Shown: positions 30,916 through 41,756, counted from the stretch's first letter. The stretch: 64,000 nt of DNA from Spirochaetota bacterium (GCA_963664815.2 CAXXHB010000003.1:896001-960000), one strand, 5' to 3'. Numbers and translations are program-made. The notes: a model not told the origin generated them from the letters alone.

Positions 30916-31311
30916 TCAACAGAGAATTGAACAGTTGAGAAGATATGTGGGTGTTTTAGTGTAAATAAATTGCTTATCAGGGAAGGGCCCTTCTCTGTTG
31001 TGTTTAGATATGGGATTAATAAGAAATGAATAAAATGGCACACCTTCAGAATTATATTTAATAAAAACAGGTTCTATTTTTGTTGTACCGGATGGTGGTG
31101 TATTCAGGGTCAACTGCATTTTGCAGTTAACGGATTTAAATGAACAGCAGCATTCAGGTTTAAAGATTGCTCTGTCGCTTACTTTATGAGTAGAGCATTC
31201 AGTTACTTGTTTTGAAAACATTGCACAACAGCAATTGCATGCTGATAATTCATAACCTGCTGCCCCGGAGAATGCAATGGATGTAATTATTATCAGATTT
31301 ATTAATTTCAT
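30916..31311 (-). CDS. Cys-rich exported hypothetical protein
   Basis: Signal-like N-terminus, CNCCC, ECCC and a YLLNCSILC C-terminus typical of small genes upstream of metal transport loci. Confidence 0.55.
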   Translation of the reverse strand: MKLINLIIITSIAFSGAAGYELSACNCCCAMFSKQVTECSTHKVSDRAIFKPECCCSFKSVNCKMQLTLNTPPSGTTKIEPVFIKYNSEGVPFYSFLINPISKHNREGPFPDKQFIYTKTPTYLLNCSILC

Positions 31312-31564
31312 ATATTTATTGATTATTTTGTTCTTCTTATGTTACAATTGAATATAGCAAATTTATAAGTCACATCAAGGATCAGATGATCTGACGATAT
31401 ATAAATGCAATTATCATCTTAAAATGCGGGTTGTTGATGAATCAGCTTGAGTAAAGTGATTGAAGAGTCTGCTCATTTGCGCTGCTTTAATTTCAATTGC
31501 AGTATAGGATATTCTGAAAAAATGCTGTTTTAGTTATCAATTGAATTTTAACACCATTCGGAAA

Positions 31565-31870
31565 GAGTGGTTTTCACGTTTTCTGTGAACTGGACTGCAT
31601 TGCTCAGTATATTAATAAGACATTGTCTGACCTTTGTCAGATCTGAATACATCATACCAACATCACCCCGGATATCAACATGCAAAGCGTTGGACTTAAC
31701 ATTTAAAATGGGACCCATAGGGGATGTAACATCGTTAACAATCTGTACGATGCTGAAAAGCTTCGGAAATGGCTATCATGTTGGTGATATATTGCTTGTG
31801 ATAGATGAGGGAGTAGAAACAACCGAACAGGCGGATTTTATGATTAAAAAAGGATGCAGCTTTTTGAAAT
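31565..31870. pseudogene. Signal-transduction gene debris: histidine-kinase N-box fragment (- strand) and EAL C-terminal fragment (+ strand)
   Basis: Minus: YSDLTKVRQCLINILSNAVQFTE; plus: VIDEGVETTEQADFMIKKGC. Confidence 0.6.
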
Positions 31871-32071
31871 TTTCACTCCTGTACATGAAAATATAAATAG
31901 ATCAGCTGGGTACTAAACACAACAACGATTTAAGTTATATCCACCCAAATACTCCTTGCAAAATAAACACAACTGTAGTAAAACTGTACATACAAAAAAG
32001 AACATCAGTTTTATTCCGGAAACCCATTTCTGGTAAATATTAATCTATTCCGTATCACAAAGGAAACAAAA

Positions 32072-33613
32072 ATGACAAGTGCAGCACAAAGAGCCGAACT
32101 GCAGTCCCAGATCTGGAAAATCGCCAACGATGTCCGTGGTTCTGTCGATGGGTGGGATTTCAAACAGTATGTACTAAGCACCCTCTTTTATCGATTCATC
32201 AGTGAAAACTTTGCAAGCTATATCAAAGGCGGTGATGAAAGCGTCAACTACACTAAACTTTCCGATTCAGTTATCACCGCAGAAATCAAAGACGATGCCA
32301 TCAAAACCAAGGGCTACTTCATATACCCCAGCCAGCTTTTTGAAAACGTTGCCGCAAAAGCCAATACCAATGAAAGCCTCAACACCGATTTAGCTGCCAT
32401 ATTCTCCGCCATCGAAAGCTCGGCAAACGGCTACCCATCGGAACAGGATATTAAAGGCCTCTTTGCCGATTTTAACACCACCAGCAACCGCCTTGGTAAC
32501 ACAGTCAAAGATAAAAACAGCCGTCTTGCCGCAGTACTCAAAGGGGTTGCGGGGCTCAATTTTGGCAAATTTGAAGATAACCAGATCGACCTCTTCGGCG
32601 ATGCCTATGAGTTTTTAATCTCAAACTATGCCGCCAATGCCGGTAAGTCAGGCGGTGAATTTTTCACACCGCAACACGTGTCCAGGCTTATTGCTCAACT
32701 GGCAATGCACAAGCAGACCTCGGTCAACAAGATATACGACCCGGCAGCGGGCTCCGGCTCTCTGCTCCTTCAGGCAAAAAAACACTTCGATGCTCATATC
32801 ATCGAAGAGGGTTTCTTCGGGCAGGAGATCAACCACACCACCTATAACCTTGCCCGTATGAATATGTTTTTACACAACATTAACTACGACAAGTTCCATA
32901 TAGCCCTGGGCAACACCCTTTTAGACCCGCATTTCGGTGACGAAAAGCCTTTCGATGCCATTGTGTCTAATCCCCCCTACTCGGTGAACTGGATCGGAAG
33001 CGATGACCCGACTCTTATTAATGATGAACGTTTTGCTCCTGCCGGTGTACTGGCTCCCAAATCCAAGGCCGACTTTGCCTTTGTGCTCCATGCCCTGAGC
33101 TATCTTTCCAGTAAAGGCCGTGCAGCCATTGTCTGCTTCCCTGGAATCTTTTATCGTGGCGGTGCCGAACAGAAAATCCGCCAGTATCTGATAGATAATA
33201 ACTTTGTAGAAACTGTGATCTCACTTGCTCCCAATCTATTTTTTGGAACCACCATTGCCGTCAATATTCTGGTAATATCCAAACATAAGACCGACAATAA
33301 AACACAGTTTATTGATGCAAGCGGACTCTTTAAAAAAGAAACCAATAACAACATTCTCACTGATGACCATATTGCTCATATTATGGAGGTGTTTGACAGT
33401 AAATCCGATGTGGTTCATTTTGCAAAATGTGTGGACTACGATGCCATTGCTGACAAAGAATACGACCTCTCCGTCAGTTCCTATGTTGAAGCCAGAGACA
33501 CCCGCGAAGTGGTGGATATTACCGAACTAAATGAAGAGATTAAAATCACCGTGGCAAAGATTGACCGGCTCCGGGCTGATATTGATGCCATTATTGCGGA
33601 GATTGAAGGGTGA
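32072..33613 (+). CDS. hsdM: Type I restriction-modification methyltransferase subunit (type IC)
   Basis: [23 protein letters not shown] and VSNPPYS; EcoR124/EcoprrI-like N-terminus. Confidence 0.97.
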   Translation: MTSAAQRAELQSQIWKIANDVRGSVDGWDFKQYVLSTLFYRFISENFASYIKGGDESVNYTKLSDSVITAEIKDDAIKTKGYFIYPSQLFENVAAKANTNESLNTDLAAIFSAIESSANGYPSEQDIKGLFADFNTTSNRLGNTVKDKNSRLAAVLKGVAGLNFGKFEDNQIDLFGDAYEFLISNYAANAGKSGGEFFTPQHVSRLIAQLAMHKQTSVNKIYDPAAGSGSLLLQAKKHFDAHIIEEGFFGQEINHTTYNLARMNMFLHNINYDKFHIALGNTLLDPHFGDEKPFDAIVSNPPYSVNWIGSDDPTLINDERFAPAGVLAPKSKADFAFVLHALSYLSSKGRAAIVCFPGIFYRGGAEQKIRQYLIDNNFVETVISLAPNLFFGTTIAVNILVISKHKTDNKTQFIDASGLFKKETNNNILTDDHIAHIMEVFDSKSDVVHFAKCVDYDAIADKEYDLSVSSYVEARDTREVVDITELNEEIKITVAKIDRLRADIDAIIAEIEG

Positions 33614-33825
33614 GGATGGAACCACAGATGAACATTTCGACAAGCTCAATGCATCGCGCGGATAATCACGGATTAAGTTTCAAGTTCAAAACCATCTTTA
33701 AAGACAGTGAAGTGGAAGAGGCTTCAGTTATCCGGAATTTTAGGGTAACTGCCGCAGACTGGGAATTGCTTCCGGAAGCAACTGTTCGGAAAATCCGGAC
33801 AGTTCAACAGGAGGGGGGCTTGTGA
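33610..33825 (+). pseudogene. Chimeric mini-ORF: repeat-derived N-terminus plus two RhuM-family fragments
   Basis: KTIFKDSEVEEASVIRNFRVTAAD and ELLPEATVRKIRTVQQEG both resemble the RhuM (virulence protein family) N-terminal segment. Confidence 0.55.
33616..33674 (+). repeat. Copy 1 of the ccacagatgaac-gcggataaacacggatt repeat, interrupted by a 24-bp insert
   Basis: atggaaccacagatgaac [atttcgacaagctcaatgcatcgc] gcggataatcacggatt matches 34640-34674. Confidence 0.75.
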
Positions 33826-34643
33826 TAGCAACAATCAACGCTAATGGAACAGAAATTTCGGTTTTATCCAGAGGAGACGAGAACGATTATATCTCCTTAA
33901 CAGATATTGCAAGATATAAAAATTCCGATGAACCCAAGGATGTTGTCAAAAACTGGATGCGGTCACGAAGTACCATTGAGTTTCTCGGTCTTTGGGAACA
34001 GTTGAACAACCTGGATTTTAAAGGGGTCGAATTCGACTCCTTTATCCATGAGGCTGGCTCAAATGCATTCACTTTATCGCCTCAAAAATGGATTTCAGCA
34101 ACAAATGCTATTGGCGTTATCTCAAAATCAGGTCGCTATGGCGGCACCTTCGCTCATAAAGATATTGCCTTTGAATTTGCCTCGTGGGTATCAGCGGAGT
34201 TCAAGCTTTACATCATCAAGGATTATCAGCGTCTGAAGGCCGACGAAAACAGCCGCATATCTCTCGAATGGAATGTGAACCGAGTAATATCCAAAATCAA
34301 TTACAAGATTCATACCGATGCGATTAAGGATAACCTGATCCCTCATCTGGTATCAAAAAAGCAGCAGTCGTTCACGTATGCCAGCGAAGCAGATATGCTT
34401 AATGTGGCACTTTTCGGCAGAACTGCCAGAGAATGGAAAGAGCAGAATCCCGCCGCAAAAGGAAATATGCGTGATGAAGCCACCATTCAACAGCTTATTG
34501 TCCTTTCTAATATGGAAAGCATGAATGCAGAGTTGATTAAACAGGACATCGCACAAAATCAAAGGCTCGTAATTTTGAATAAAATGGCAATCGAACAGAT
34601 GACTTCCATATTGGGAAGCCCGGCAATCAGGAAATTGAAATGA
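33822..34643 (+). CDS. KilA-N domain DNA-binding protein
   Basis: DYISLTDIARYK, NWMR, TIEFLGLWE, FTLSPQKWI and GRYGGTFAHKDIAFEFASW motifs. Confidence 0.92.
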   Translation: MIATINANGTEISVLSRGDENDYISLTDIARYKNSDEPKDVVKNWMRSRSTIEFLGLWEQLNNLDFKGVEFDSFIHEAGSNAFTLSPQKWISATNAIGVISKSGRYGGTFAHKDIAFEFASWVSAEFKLYIIKDYQRLKADENSRISLEWNVNRVISKINYKIHTDAIKDNLIPHLVSKKQQSFTYASEADMLNVALFGRTAREWKEQNPAAKGNMRDEATIQQLIVLSNMESMNAELIKQDIAQNQRLVILNKMAIEQMTSILGSPAIRKLK

Positions 34644-34674
34644 AACCACAGATGAACGCGGATAAACACGGATT
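34640..34674 (+). repeat. Copy 2 of the repeat, forming the 5' end of hsdS
   Basis: atgaaaccacagatgaacgcggataaacacggatt, followed by A9 and cgcgaagacgcgaaaacgcaaag. Confidence 0.75.
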
Positions 34675-35893
34675 GAAAAAAAAAGCCTCTCGCGAAGACG
34701 CGAAAACGCAAAGGGTTGATTTTATGGAAAGGTTGCTTGAGGGTGTTACGGTACAGTGGAAGACGTTGGGTGAAGTGTGTGTTATATATACAGGTGGTGA
34801 GGCTCCAGCTAATAGCATAAAAGGATTAATTCCAAATGATATTTATAAATATCCAATTTATGCAAATGGCTCGGAACTATATGGTTATACTGACAGTTAT
34901 AAAATCAGCAAAGATGCTGTTACAATTTCTTCTATTGGGGCTAACACAGGTACAATATATTTTAGGGAAGCTTTTTTTACTCCAATAATTAGGCTTAAAG
35001 TATTATTACCTAAATATGATGATTTATTGTCAAAGTACATTTATCACTATTTGTCCTCTATAACAATTAGCAGCAAAAAAAGCAGTGTTCCCAATATGAA
35101 TGCTGATGATGTAAAAAAAATCATCATCCCAATCCCTCCCCTGCCAGTCCAAACCGAAATCGTCCGCATTCTGGATACCTTCACCGAGCTTACAGCCGAG
35201 CTTACAGCCGAGCTTACAGCCGAGCTTACAGCTCGTAAAAAACAATACACCTACTACCGCGACCAGCTGTTGACCTTTGAAGAGGGGCAAGTGGAATGGA
35301 AGCCGTTAGGAGAGGTCGGTGATGTTCGTATGTGCAAAAGAATTTTAAAAGAACAAACTACAGAAATAGGCGATATTCCATTTTATAAAATTGGTACTTT
35401 TGGGAAAGAACCTAATGCCTATATTTCTCAAGAGCTTTTTGATGAATACCGGTCTAAATACAGTTATCCCAAAGTCGGTGAAGTTCTCATCTCCGCCAGT
35501 GGTACAATAGGGAGAGCAGTCATTTTTAATGGTAAAGATGCATATTTTCAGGATAGTAATATTGTTTGGATTGAAAACGATGAAAGTAAAGTATTAAATA
35601 AATATTTATTTTACTTTTATCAGATTGCCAATTGGAATGTTGCTGAAGGTGGTACGATACAGCGTCTATATAATGATAATTTGATGAAAATGAAAATTCC
35701 CATTCCATATCCGGATGATCCAGAAAAATCGCTGGCCGAACAGGCCCGTATCGTTGCTATTCTGGATAAATTTGATGCACTCACAAGCTCCATCACTGAA
35801 GGTTTGCCTCGTGAGATAGAATTACGACAAAAGCAGTATGAATATTACCGCAATATGCTCCTTACATTTCCAAACGCCGGAGTAAATGCATAA
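34640..35893 (+). CDS. hsdS: Type IC restriction-modification specificity subunit
   Basis: Two TRDs, IPIPPLPVQTEIVRILDTF, TAEL repeats and EIELRQKQYEYYR. Confidence 0.95.
   Translation: MKPQMNADKHGLKKKASREDAKTQRVDFMERLLEGVTVQWKTLGEVCVIYTGGEAPANSIKGLIPNDIYKYPIYANGSELYGYTDSYKISKDAVTISSIGANTGTIYFREAFFTPIIRLKVLLPKYDDLLSKYIYHYLSSITISSKKSSVPNMNADDVKKIIIPIPPLPVQTEIVRILDTFTELTAELTAELTAELTARKKQYTYYRDQLLTFEEGQVEWKPLGEVGDVRMCKRILKEQTTEIGDIPFYKIGTFGKEPNAYISQELFDEYRSKYSYPKVGEVLISASGTIGRAVIFNGKDAYFQDSNIVWIENDESKVLNKYLFYFYQIANWNVAEGGTIQRLYNDNLMKMKIPIPYPDDPEKSLAEQARIVAILDKFDALTSSITEGLPREIELRQKQYEYYRNMLLTFPNAGVNA
35184..35231 (+). repeat. 12-bp tandem repeat (ccgagcttacag x4) encoding the TAEL spacer of HsdS
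   Basis: Four perfect copies; protein reads FTELTAELTAELTAELTARKK. Confidence 0.95.
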
Positions 35894-37016
35894 TATGGGA
35901 AAGTCATTAACAGAAATCGCTCAACAGCTCAAAGATACCAATAAAAAAGTCCAGTTGATCTATGCCTTTAATGGCATGGGTAAAACGCGTTTATCAATGG
36001 AATTTAAGAATTTAATCGTACCAAAAAATAATGATTCGGAAGAAGAACAAGAAATTGCTACTGGTGATAAAATCATTTACTATAACGCATTTACCGAAGA
36101 TCTTTTCTATTGGGATAATGATTTAAAATTTGATGCTGAACCGAAATTAAAGATTCAGCCAAACTCTTTTACGCATTGGGTGTTTCAGGAACAGGGGCAG
36201 GACCAGAATATTATTTCTAATTTTCAGTACTACACAAATACAACAGTTTCACCAAAATTTAGCGAAGATTTTTCTGAGGTTACCTTTTCACTTGTGCATG
36301 GTAGTGATAGTTTTGAAAATATTAAAATTTCAAAAGGTGAAGAGAGTAACTTTGTATGGAGTGTTTTTTATAGCCTACTTGAACAAGTTATTGATGTATT
36401 AAATGAAATTGAATCAAGCGATCGGGTGACTAATCGGTTTGATCAGCTGGAATATGTTTTTATTGATGATCCTGTAAGTTCGCTGGATGATAACCATCTG
36501 ATTGAATTGGCGGTGAATCTAGCCAAAAAAATTACAGATTCTAAACAGCTTAAATTTATTGTCTCAACACATAGCCCCCTTTTTTACAATGTCCTTTACA
36601 ACGAACTGAACAATAAGGCTTGTTATATGTTAGATCGGCAAGAGGACGGTACATTTGAACTTAAAGAAAAACATGGCGATTCAAATAAAAGTTTTTCATA
36701 TCACTTGTTCTTAAAACACACACTTGAAGAAGCAATTAAACAAAACAATATTCAAAAGTATCATTTTATGCTTTTGCGTAATCTGTATGAAAAAACAGCT
36801 AATTTTCTGGGCTATCCCAGATGGTCTGAGTTATTGCCCGATGATAAGCAGGCTTATCTGAATCGTATTATTCAATTCACAAGCCATTCAACATTGTCAA
36901 ATGAAGCGGTTGCAGAGCCAACCGAGCCGGAGAAGCAAATCGTTAATTTCTTACTTCACCATTTGATTGACAACTATAGTTTTTGGCAGGAGAGTGCTGT
37001 AAATGAACGACTATAA
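35886..37016 (+). CDS. prrC: PrrC anticodon nuclease (ABC-ATPase + HEPN)
   Basis: [14 protein letters not shown], PrrC box [51 protein letters not shown]; between hsdS and hsdR as in EcoprrI (alternative start 35895). Confidence 0.93.
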   Translation: MHNMGKSLTEIAQQLKDTNKKVQLIYAFNGMGKTRLSMEFKNLIVPKNNDSEEEQEIATGDKIIYYNAFTEDLFYWDNDLKFDAEPKLKIQPNSFTHWVFQEQGQDQNIISNFQYYTNTTVSPKFSEDFSEVTFSLVHGSDSFENIKISKGEESNFVWSVFYSLLEQVIDVLNEIESSDRVTNRFDQLEYVFIDDPVSSLDDNHLIELAVNLAKKITDSKQLKFIVSTHSPLFYNVLYNELNNKACYMLDRQEDGTFELKEKHGDSNKSFSYHLFLKHTLEEAIKQNNIQKYHFMLLRNLYEKTANFLGYPRWSELLPDDKQAYLNRIIQFTSHSTLSNEAVAEPTEPEKQIVNFLLHHLIDNYSFWQESAVNERL

Positions 37017-40000
37017 AACCATTGCCGAATCAAACAACTTCATTGTTTTAGATAAATACACCAGGATAGACCAGCAGGGCTCTGGTTATCAAACCGAATC
37101 CGATCTGGAAAAGGAACTCATTCAGGACCTCGGGAATCAGGGATATGAATACCTCCCTGAACTCAACACCCCCGAAAAGATGCTGGCCAACGTGCGCCTC
37201 CAGCTGCAGGCTCTTAACAATATGCAGTTTTCTCATGGTGAATGGATTCGCTTTGTTGAAGAGTTTCTGGATAAACCAAGCGATGGCATCATTGACAAAA
37301 CCCGCAACATTCACGACAACTATATTCACGATTTTGTATTTGATGACGGCCATATTCAGAACATCTACCTTGTGGACAAAAAAAACATTGCCCGTAACAA
37401 AGTGCAGGTTATTTCACAGTTTGAACAAAAAGGGATCCACGCCAACCGTTATGATGTAACTATTCTGGTTAACGGCCTCCCCATGGTGCAGGTCGAACTG
37501 AAAAAAAGAGGCGTTGCTATTCGGGAGGCCTTCAACCAGGTACACCGTTACAGCAAAGAGAGCTTTAATTCAGACAATTCACTCTATAAGTATCTGCAGA
37601 TTTTTGTCATTTCAAACGGTACCGACAGCCGCTATTTTGCCAACACCACCAAACGAGATAAAAACAGCTTTGATTTTACAATGAACTGGGCTAAAGCAGA
37701 TAATACACTTATCAAAGACCTGAAAGACTTTACCGCAACCTTTTTTCAGAAAAACACCCTGATTAATGTCCTTCTCACCTATTCGGTATTTGATGTAAGT
37801 AATACCTTGCTTGTCATGCGCCCCTATCAGATAGCAGCGACAGAACGATTATTATGGAAAATTAAAAGTTCATATCAGGCAAAAACCTGGTGTAAACCTG
37901 AAGGGGGCGGCTATATCTGGCATACCACCGGATCGGGAAAAACTCTCACCAGTTTCAAAGCGGCCCGTCTTGCCACCAGTCTTGATTTTATCGACAAAGT
38001 GTTCTTTGTGGTGGACCGTAAAGATCTCGATTTTCAGACCATGAAAGAGTATCAGCGCTTTTCACCCGACAGCGTCAACGGTTCAGATAGTACCGCCGGG
38101 CTTAAAAGTAACATCGAAAAAGATGACAACAAAATCATCGTGACCACCATCCAGAAACTCAATATCCTGATGAAAGGCGAAGCGGACCTCCCCATATATG
38201 GCAATCAGGTGGTGTTTATCTTTGATGAATGCCACCGTTCACAGTTCGGTGAAGCTCAAAAGAACATTAAAAAGAAATTCAAAAAGTTCTATCAGTTCGG
38301 CTTTACCGGAACGCCGATTTTTCCGCAAAATGCTCTGGGTGCAGAAACCACCGCCAGTGTCTTCGGCCGTGAACTGCACTCCTATGTGATTACCGATGCC
38401 ATCAGGGATGAAAAGGTTCTCAAGTTCAAAGTGGACTACAATGATGTACGCCCCATGTTTAAAGCAATCGAATCGGAACTGGACGAGAAAAAACTCACCA
38501 CAGCAGAGAACAAAGAGGCTCTGCTGCACCCCGAGCGTATCAAAGAAATTTCCCAGTACATATTAAATAATTTTAGACAAAAAACACATCGCCTCCGTTC
38601 CGGTAACAAAGGCTTTAACGCTATATTTGCCGTGAGCAGTATCGATGCGGCAAAGCTCTACTATGAATCGCTGAAAACCTTGCAAAAAGAGAGCGACAGG
38701 CCGCTTAAGGTTGCCGTTATCTTCTCTTTTGTCGCCAATGAAGAACAAAACGCCATAGGGGACATACAAGATGAAACATTTGAACCCTCGGCTATGGACA
38801 GCAGCGCCAAAGAGTTTATCTCTTCCGCAATCAAAGACTATAACGGAATGTTCAAAGCCAACTACAGCGTTGACAGCAAAGAGTTTCAAAACTACTATCG
38901 CAATCTTTCTCAACGGGTCAAGGGCGAAGATGATTACGGAAATAAACTCAAACCAGAGGAAACAGTAGATCTGCTTATCGTGGTGGGTATGTTCCTCACC
39001 GGCTTTGATGCCCCCACCTTAAACACTCTGTTTGTCGATAAAAATCTTCGTTACCACGGCCTTATGCAGGCCTATTCACGCACCAACCGAATTTATGATG
39101 CAACAAAAACATTCGGCAATATCGTCACCTTCCGCGATTTAGAACAGGCCACCATCGATGCCATTAAACTATTTGGTGACGCAAACACCAAAAATGTAGT
39201 GCTTGAAAAAAGCTACCAAGAGTATATGGAAGGCTTTACCGATCTGGCAACCGGTGAAGCCCGACGCGGTTATCTCGATGTGGTGAAAGAACTGCAAAAA
39301 CGGTTCCCCTGTCCCGATGAAATCATTACCGAAAAGGATAAAAAAGACTTCGCGAAACTCTTTGGAGAATACCTACGTGTCGAAAATGTTCTGCAAAACT
39401 ACGATGAGTTTGTCGGCATGAAAGCCCTGCAAAATGTCGATATGGCCGATCCGGAAGCCGTTGAAGAGTTTAAGGCTGTTTACTATCTCAGCGATGAAGA
39501 TATAGAAGCAATGCAGAATGTTCCCGTGCCCGCTGATCGCACAATTCAAGACTACCGTTCAACCTATAACGATATTTGCGACTGGATTCGCCGTGAAAAA
39601 ACAGGCAAAGAAAAAGAGTCCTCCACCATAAATTGGGATGATGTCGTTTTTGAAGTGGATCTTTTGAAATCTCAGGAGATTAACCTGGACTATATTCTTG
39701 AACTGATTTTTGAAAACAACAAGAAGGTAAAAGATAAAGAATCATTGGTAGAAGAGGTACGCCGTTTAATCCGTGCCAGCATTGGCAACCGTGCGAAAGA
39801 AAGTCTTGTAGTGGATTTTATTAACCAAACAAACCTGGACAGCATTCTCGATAAAGCCAGCATCATCGATGCATTTTTCACCTTCGCCCAGACAGAACAG
39901 CGGCGTGAAGCAGATGAGCTAATCAGTTCAGAAAACCTCAATGAAGATGCGGCAAAACGGTATATCCTTGCATCTTTGAAACGGGAATATGCCAGTGAAA

Positions 40001-40134
40001 ACGGCACTGAACTTAATGGCATCCTGCCAAAAATGAGCCCGCTCAATCCGCAATATTTAACCATAAAACAAAGTGTCTTCCGAAAAATCGCCGATTTTGT
40101 AGAGAAATTTAAAGGTATTGGGGGAATGGTTTGA
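37003..40134 (+). CDS. hsdR: Type I restriction endonuclease subunit R (EcoR124-like)
   Basis: [47 protein letters not shown] and QAYSRTNR motifs. Confidence 0.97.
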   Translation: MNDYKTIAESNNFIVLDKYTRIDQQGSGYQTESDLEKELIQDLGNQGYEYLPELNTPEKMLANVRLQLQALNNMQFSHGEWIRFVEEFLDKPSDGIIDKTRNIHDNYIHDFVFDDGHIQNIYLVDKKNIARNKVQVISQFEQKGIHANRYDVTILVNGLPMVQVELKKRGVAIREAFNQVHRYSKESFNSDNSLYKYLQIFVISNGTDSRYFANTTKRDKNSFDFTMNWAKADNTLIKDLKDFTATFFQKNTLINVLLTYSVFDVSNTLLVMRPYQIAATERLLWKIKSSYQAKTWCKPEGGGYIWHTTGSGKTLTSFKAARLATSLDFIDKVFFVVDRKDLDFQTMKEYQRFSPDSVNGSDSTAGLKSNIEKDDNKIIVTTIQKLNILMKGEADLPIYGNQVVFIFDECHRSQFGEAQKNIKKKFKKFYQFGFTGTPIFPQNALGAETTASVFGRELHSYVITDAIRDEKVLKFKVDYNDVRPMFKAIESELDEKKLTTAENKEALLHPERIKEISQYILNNFRQKTHRLRSGNKGFNAIFAVSSIDAAKLYYESLKTLQKESDRPLKVAVIFSFVANEEQNAIGDIQDETFEPSAMDSSAKEFISSAIKDYNGMFKANYSVDSKEFQNYYRNLSQRVKGEDDYGNKLKPEETVDLLIVVGMFLTGFDAPTLNTLFVDKNLRYHGLMQAYSRTNRIYDATKTFGNIVTFRDLEQATIDAIKLFGDANTKNVVLEKSYQEYMEGFTDLATGEARRGYLDVVKELQKRFPCPDEIITEKDKKDFAKLFGEYLRVENVLQNYDEFVGMKALQNVDMADPEAVEEFKAVYYLSDEDIEAMQNVPVPADRTIQDYRSTYNDICDWIRREKTGKEKESSTINWDDVVFEVDLLKSQEINLDYILELIFENNKKVKDKESLVEEVRRLIRASIGNRAKESLVVDFINQTNLDSILDKASIIDAFFTFAQTEQRREADELISSENLNEDAAKRYILASLKREYASENGTELNGILPKMSPLNPQYLTIKQSVFRKIADFVEKFKGIGGMV

Positions 40135-40336
40135 TCCTTTGGCGCAAAACCTCGATTATTCCCATCATAGACTACGGTGAAGATTACAAAAATCTGAATA
40201 TAACAGCGGGTATACTAAATGCCTGACAAAACTTGACATTTAAAATTGCTTTTGAATTTCAATGTGTGTCGCTCTGGCTTATATAATCGCCGCATTCTGC
40301 ACAGTTTCGTTTATATGACGTTTGAAAACTTTTCAT

Positions 40337-40453
40337 TTATGGTAAATGTTTGGGTGAGTCAGGAGAATGATTTTTATCTTTAAATAAAAATACCTTCTTG
40401 GTAGAAAGTTTTATCGTCGAAATGTGCAAATCAATGGATATACCATCAATCAT
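40337..40453 (-). pseudogene. Truncated 38-aa ORF translationally coupled to the Panacea gene (possible toxin remnant)
   Basis: TAATG overlap; MIDGISIDLHISTIKLSTKKVFLFKDKNHSPDSPKHLP*. Confidence 0.35.
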
Positions 40454-41047
40454 TAAATGTTTCCCAAAAATATATCTTTAGAACACTGAATAATATCATT
40501 TTGTATGACTTTGTATGGATCAGAATCTAATGCTGCATTACTTTTTAAATCAGAATCGGAAGGATTATCGAAAAAATCTTGGATGTCCATATTAATCCGT
40601 GCTCTTGGATTATATTTAAATATGTTTTCAAATTTTTTCCATTCAGGATAATTATGGTCAATTGCCACTAATGTTTTAGGTTTATAATGTCCAAATGTGG
40701 CAACGGCAAAATCAAGTGCTCCTTTGTCGGTTTCCGACAAGTGATCTGTTTCTAAATTCTGTTTAGTATTTGTTATATTTTGATTGTTGTTTAGATATTT
40801 TAAATATTTCTCAACGTATTTTTTTTCATTCTTCTCTATGACTCCTTTGATTATATCATATACGGTTGTAGCAACTGGTCCATTTTCCATCGCATAGTAA
40901 TTATCATCAGTTATTGTGCGACCATATTTGCGAAGATGATATCTGTCAGCAAAAAAAAACCAATTTTAAAACAGTCCATCGATCTAATGATTTTGGCTTT
41001 TTAGTCGTTATATGGTAGATGGCCTGTACTGCTGATTCAAAATTCAT
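40453..41047 (-). pseudogene. Panacea (DUF4065/SocA-like) antitoxin, frameshifted in a T9 tract
   Basis: Removing one base from the A9 run at 40951-40959 gives LKLVFFADRYHLRKYGRTITDDNYYAMENGPV...HNYPEWKK, a 197-aa Panacea-like protein. Confidence 0.85.
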
Positions 41048-41256
41048 ATCTATACACTTTTCCTTTCTTTACCGGAAAACTCTTATTATTACTATCATAA
41101 TATAAGAACATGGGAGATCAAAATTGATTTGTATTTTAATAATGTTTTGAGATATATTTTACAAGAAATTTTTAAGAGTAAAGTAAGAAATAGTACTGAT
41201 TTTTAATTTTTTAACAGCAAACTTTATTTTAAATAATCAAAGTTGGTTAACAATAA

Positions 41257-41284
41257 TAAAGCCCTGAATTTATCAGGGCTTTTA
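41257..41284 (-). terminator. Terminator downstream of tRNA-Gly
   Basis: taaagccctga-attta-tcagggctttta. Confidence 0.7.
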
Positions 41285-41286
41285 TG

Positions 41287-41357
41287 AGCGGGTAACGGGA
41301 ATCGAACCCGTATGGTTAGCTTGGAAGGCTAAAGTTCTACCATTGAACTACACCCGC
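41287..41357 (-). tRNA. tRNA-Gly (anticodon TCC), CCA not encoded
   Basis: Reverse complement gcgggtgtagttcaatggtagaactttagccttccaagctaaccatacgggttcgattcccgttacccgct folds into a cloverleaf with a TTCGA T-loop. Confidence 0.96.
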
Positions 41358-41756
41358 GAAAACTGGAATGACTAAATATTTTTATGCCATTTGAGTCAAG
41401 GAAAATAAATTTTTTTTTGTTTTTTTACTTCGATATAACAGGCCTGATTTCTGGTATCGATGATATTTCTGCCGAAGTATTAGAGCTTCCTTTTTAAGAT
41501 AAAACATATGTATAGGGATTATTGCTGAACAAGGAAAATCTTATATTTCTATAATAGATTCGCTGCCGAAGCAAAAATGAATCATAGACGAAAAAAGTCA
41601 GAAAGAAATGTGAACCACAATTGGTTTTGTTTTAAATAAGTTATACCTGAAATTAAAAGGCTATTCCGGGTTGACAAATTCCTCATTTGCCGGAATCAAT
41701 CAGTTAAATTTTATATCGCTTGAAAATTTTTAGCGGAAAACAAAGGAAAGAATAAA

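Noticed and set aside
31300-41357. Integrative element inserted at the tRNA-Gly 3' end
   Set aside because: The defence genes lie downstream of the tRNA, but I found no integrase and no duplicated tRNA 3' end (att) on the far side
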